Positions 63,325 to 64,000 of a stretch of 64,000 nt of DNA are shown piece after piece (position 1 is the stretch's first letter; each line of letters begins with the position of its first letter). The stretch lies in NCBI GenBank assembly GCA_951406725.2, contig OX597817.1, positions 113,770,001 through 113,834,000 of the forward strand, in the 5' to 3' direction. Origin of the DNA: Octopus vulgaris. Its lineage: Eukaryota. Under the pieces are notes generated by a model that was not told the origin of the DNA, did no database searches, and was given only the letters and a program-made list of their open reading frames with translations. A program made the translations under genes and the position numbers.

Positions 63325-63557
63325 AGGAAGGACATCCAGCTGTAAAAACCATGCCAAAACAGAACTCACCAGTGTTGGTGCCACATAAAAAGCACTTAAT
63401 CAACTTTGTAAGGTGATTGGTGTTAGGAAGGGCATCCAGCTGTAAAATCCATGCCAAAACAGATAGTGAAGCCTGGTGCAGTCTTCTGGCTTGCCAGCTC
63501 CTGTCAAACTGTCCAATACATGCGAGCATGGAAAATGGATGTTAAATGATGATGATT
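63325..63557 (+). mobile_element. SINE family C with a duplicated core
   Basis: ggaaggRcatccagctgtaaaa.ccatgccaaaacag occurs twice (~63325, ~63426); (gat)n tail. Confidence 0.8.
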
Positions 63558-64000
63558 ATAACAATTCTGCTACATTCTTATGTAAGGATAGAACTGTGAG
63601 GCTTTAAGGTGAAAGGATATAGAAAGTGCCATTCCAATAGGCTTCTAGGCTAAGTACTTTTACATTAAGAAGAAAAAAAAATGATGTAGAAGAAAAAGAA
63701 AAGAACTGCCAGAGAATGCAGCCTGAAACCATCATTATATGCCATTATCTTGAATATCTGCTAAGGTGGACTGACAACAAAGCAAACATTGCTGTTAACA
63801 AACAATTTAACAGTTTCAGTAGAGAAAATACCTACTCAGGTTTAATATCTGTATTGTTGATCTGACAAACTTTCACAAAATATTCATAACTGAGCCTGTA
63901 AAACTAATTTATTCTTTCTTTCTACAGACAACAAAAAGGAAATGTATCTATCATACTGTGTATATCATAACCTATATACTAAATCAGTTAGTTGAAACAG

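Noticed and set aside
1-64000. Conserved bilaterian miRNAs, rRNA or snRNA genes
   Set aside because: I recognised no mature sequences by eye; lineage-specific miRNAs cannot be excluded without small-RNA data.

Overview
AT-rich, repeat-dense eukaryotic genomic DNA. The SINE families and microsatellite load suggest a coleoid cephalopod, most likely Octopus; this is my recognition, not a database result. I find no intact, recognisable host protein-coding gene, so the window looks like a large intron or intergenic region. Nearly all ORFs in the track are microsatellite or SINE read-through. The protein-like segments are decayed transposon genes: Gypsy gag inside an internally deleted LTR element with a 5-bp TSD, a hAT/Buster transposase, an R4/Dong-clade non-LTR element, Tx1, RTE and L2/CR1-group LINE relics, and Tigger and Tc1/mariner transposases. 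There are also MITEs (Tigger, hAT, piggyBac-like), non-autonomous Helitrons and dozens of copies from about five short-repeat (SINE-like) families. The most notable signal is a ~300-bp palindromic element present twice (4308-4662, 53916-54269). Its arms fold into a minimal type-I hammerhead ribozyme with the catalytic C3:G8 pair apparently swapped to G3:C8. Other highlights are a twin-primed 5'-inverted RTE insertion, head-to-head SINE foldbacks and a few candidate spliced exons. Repeat boundaries are approximate unless a TSD or terminus is quoted.
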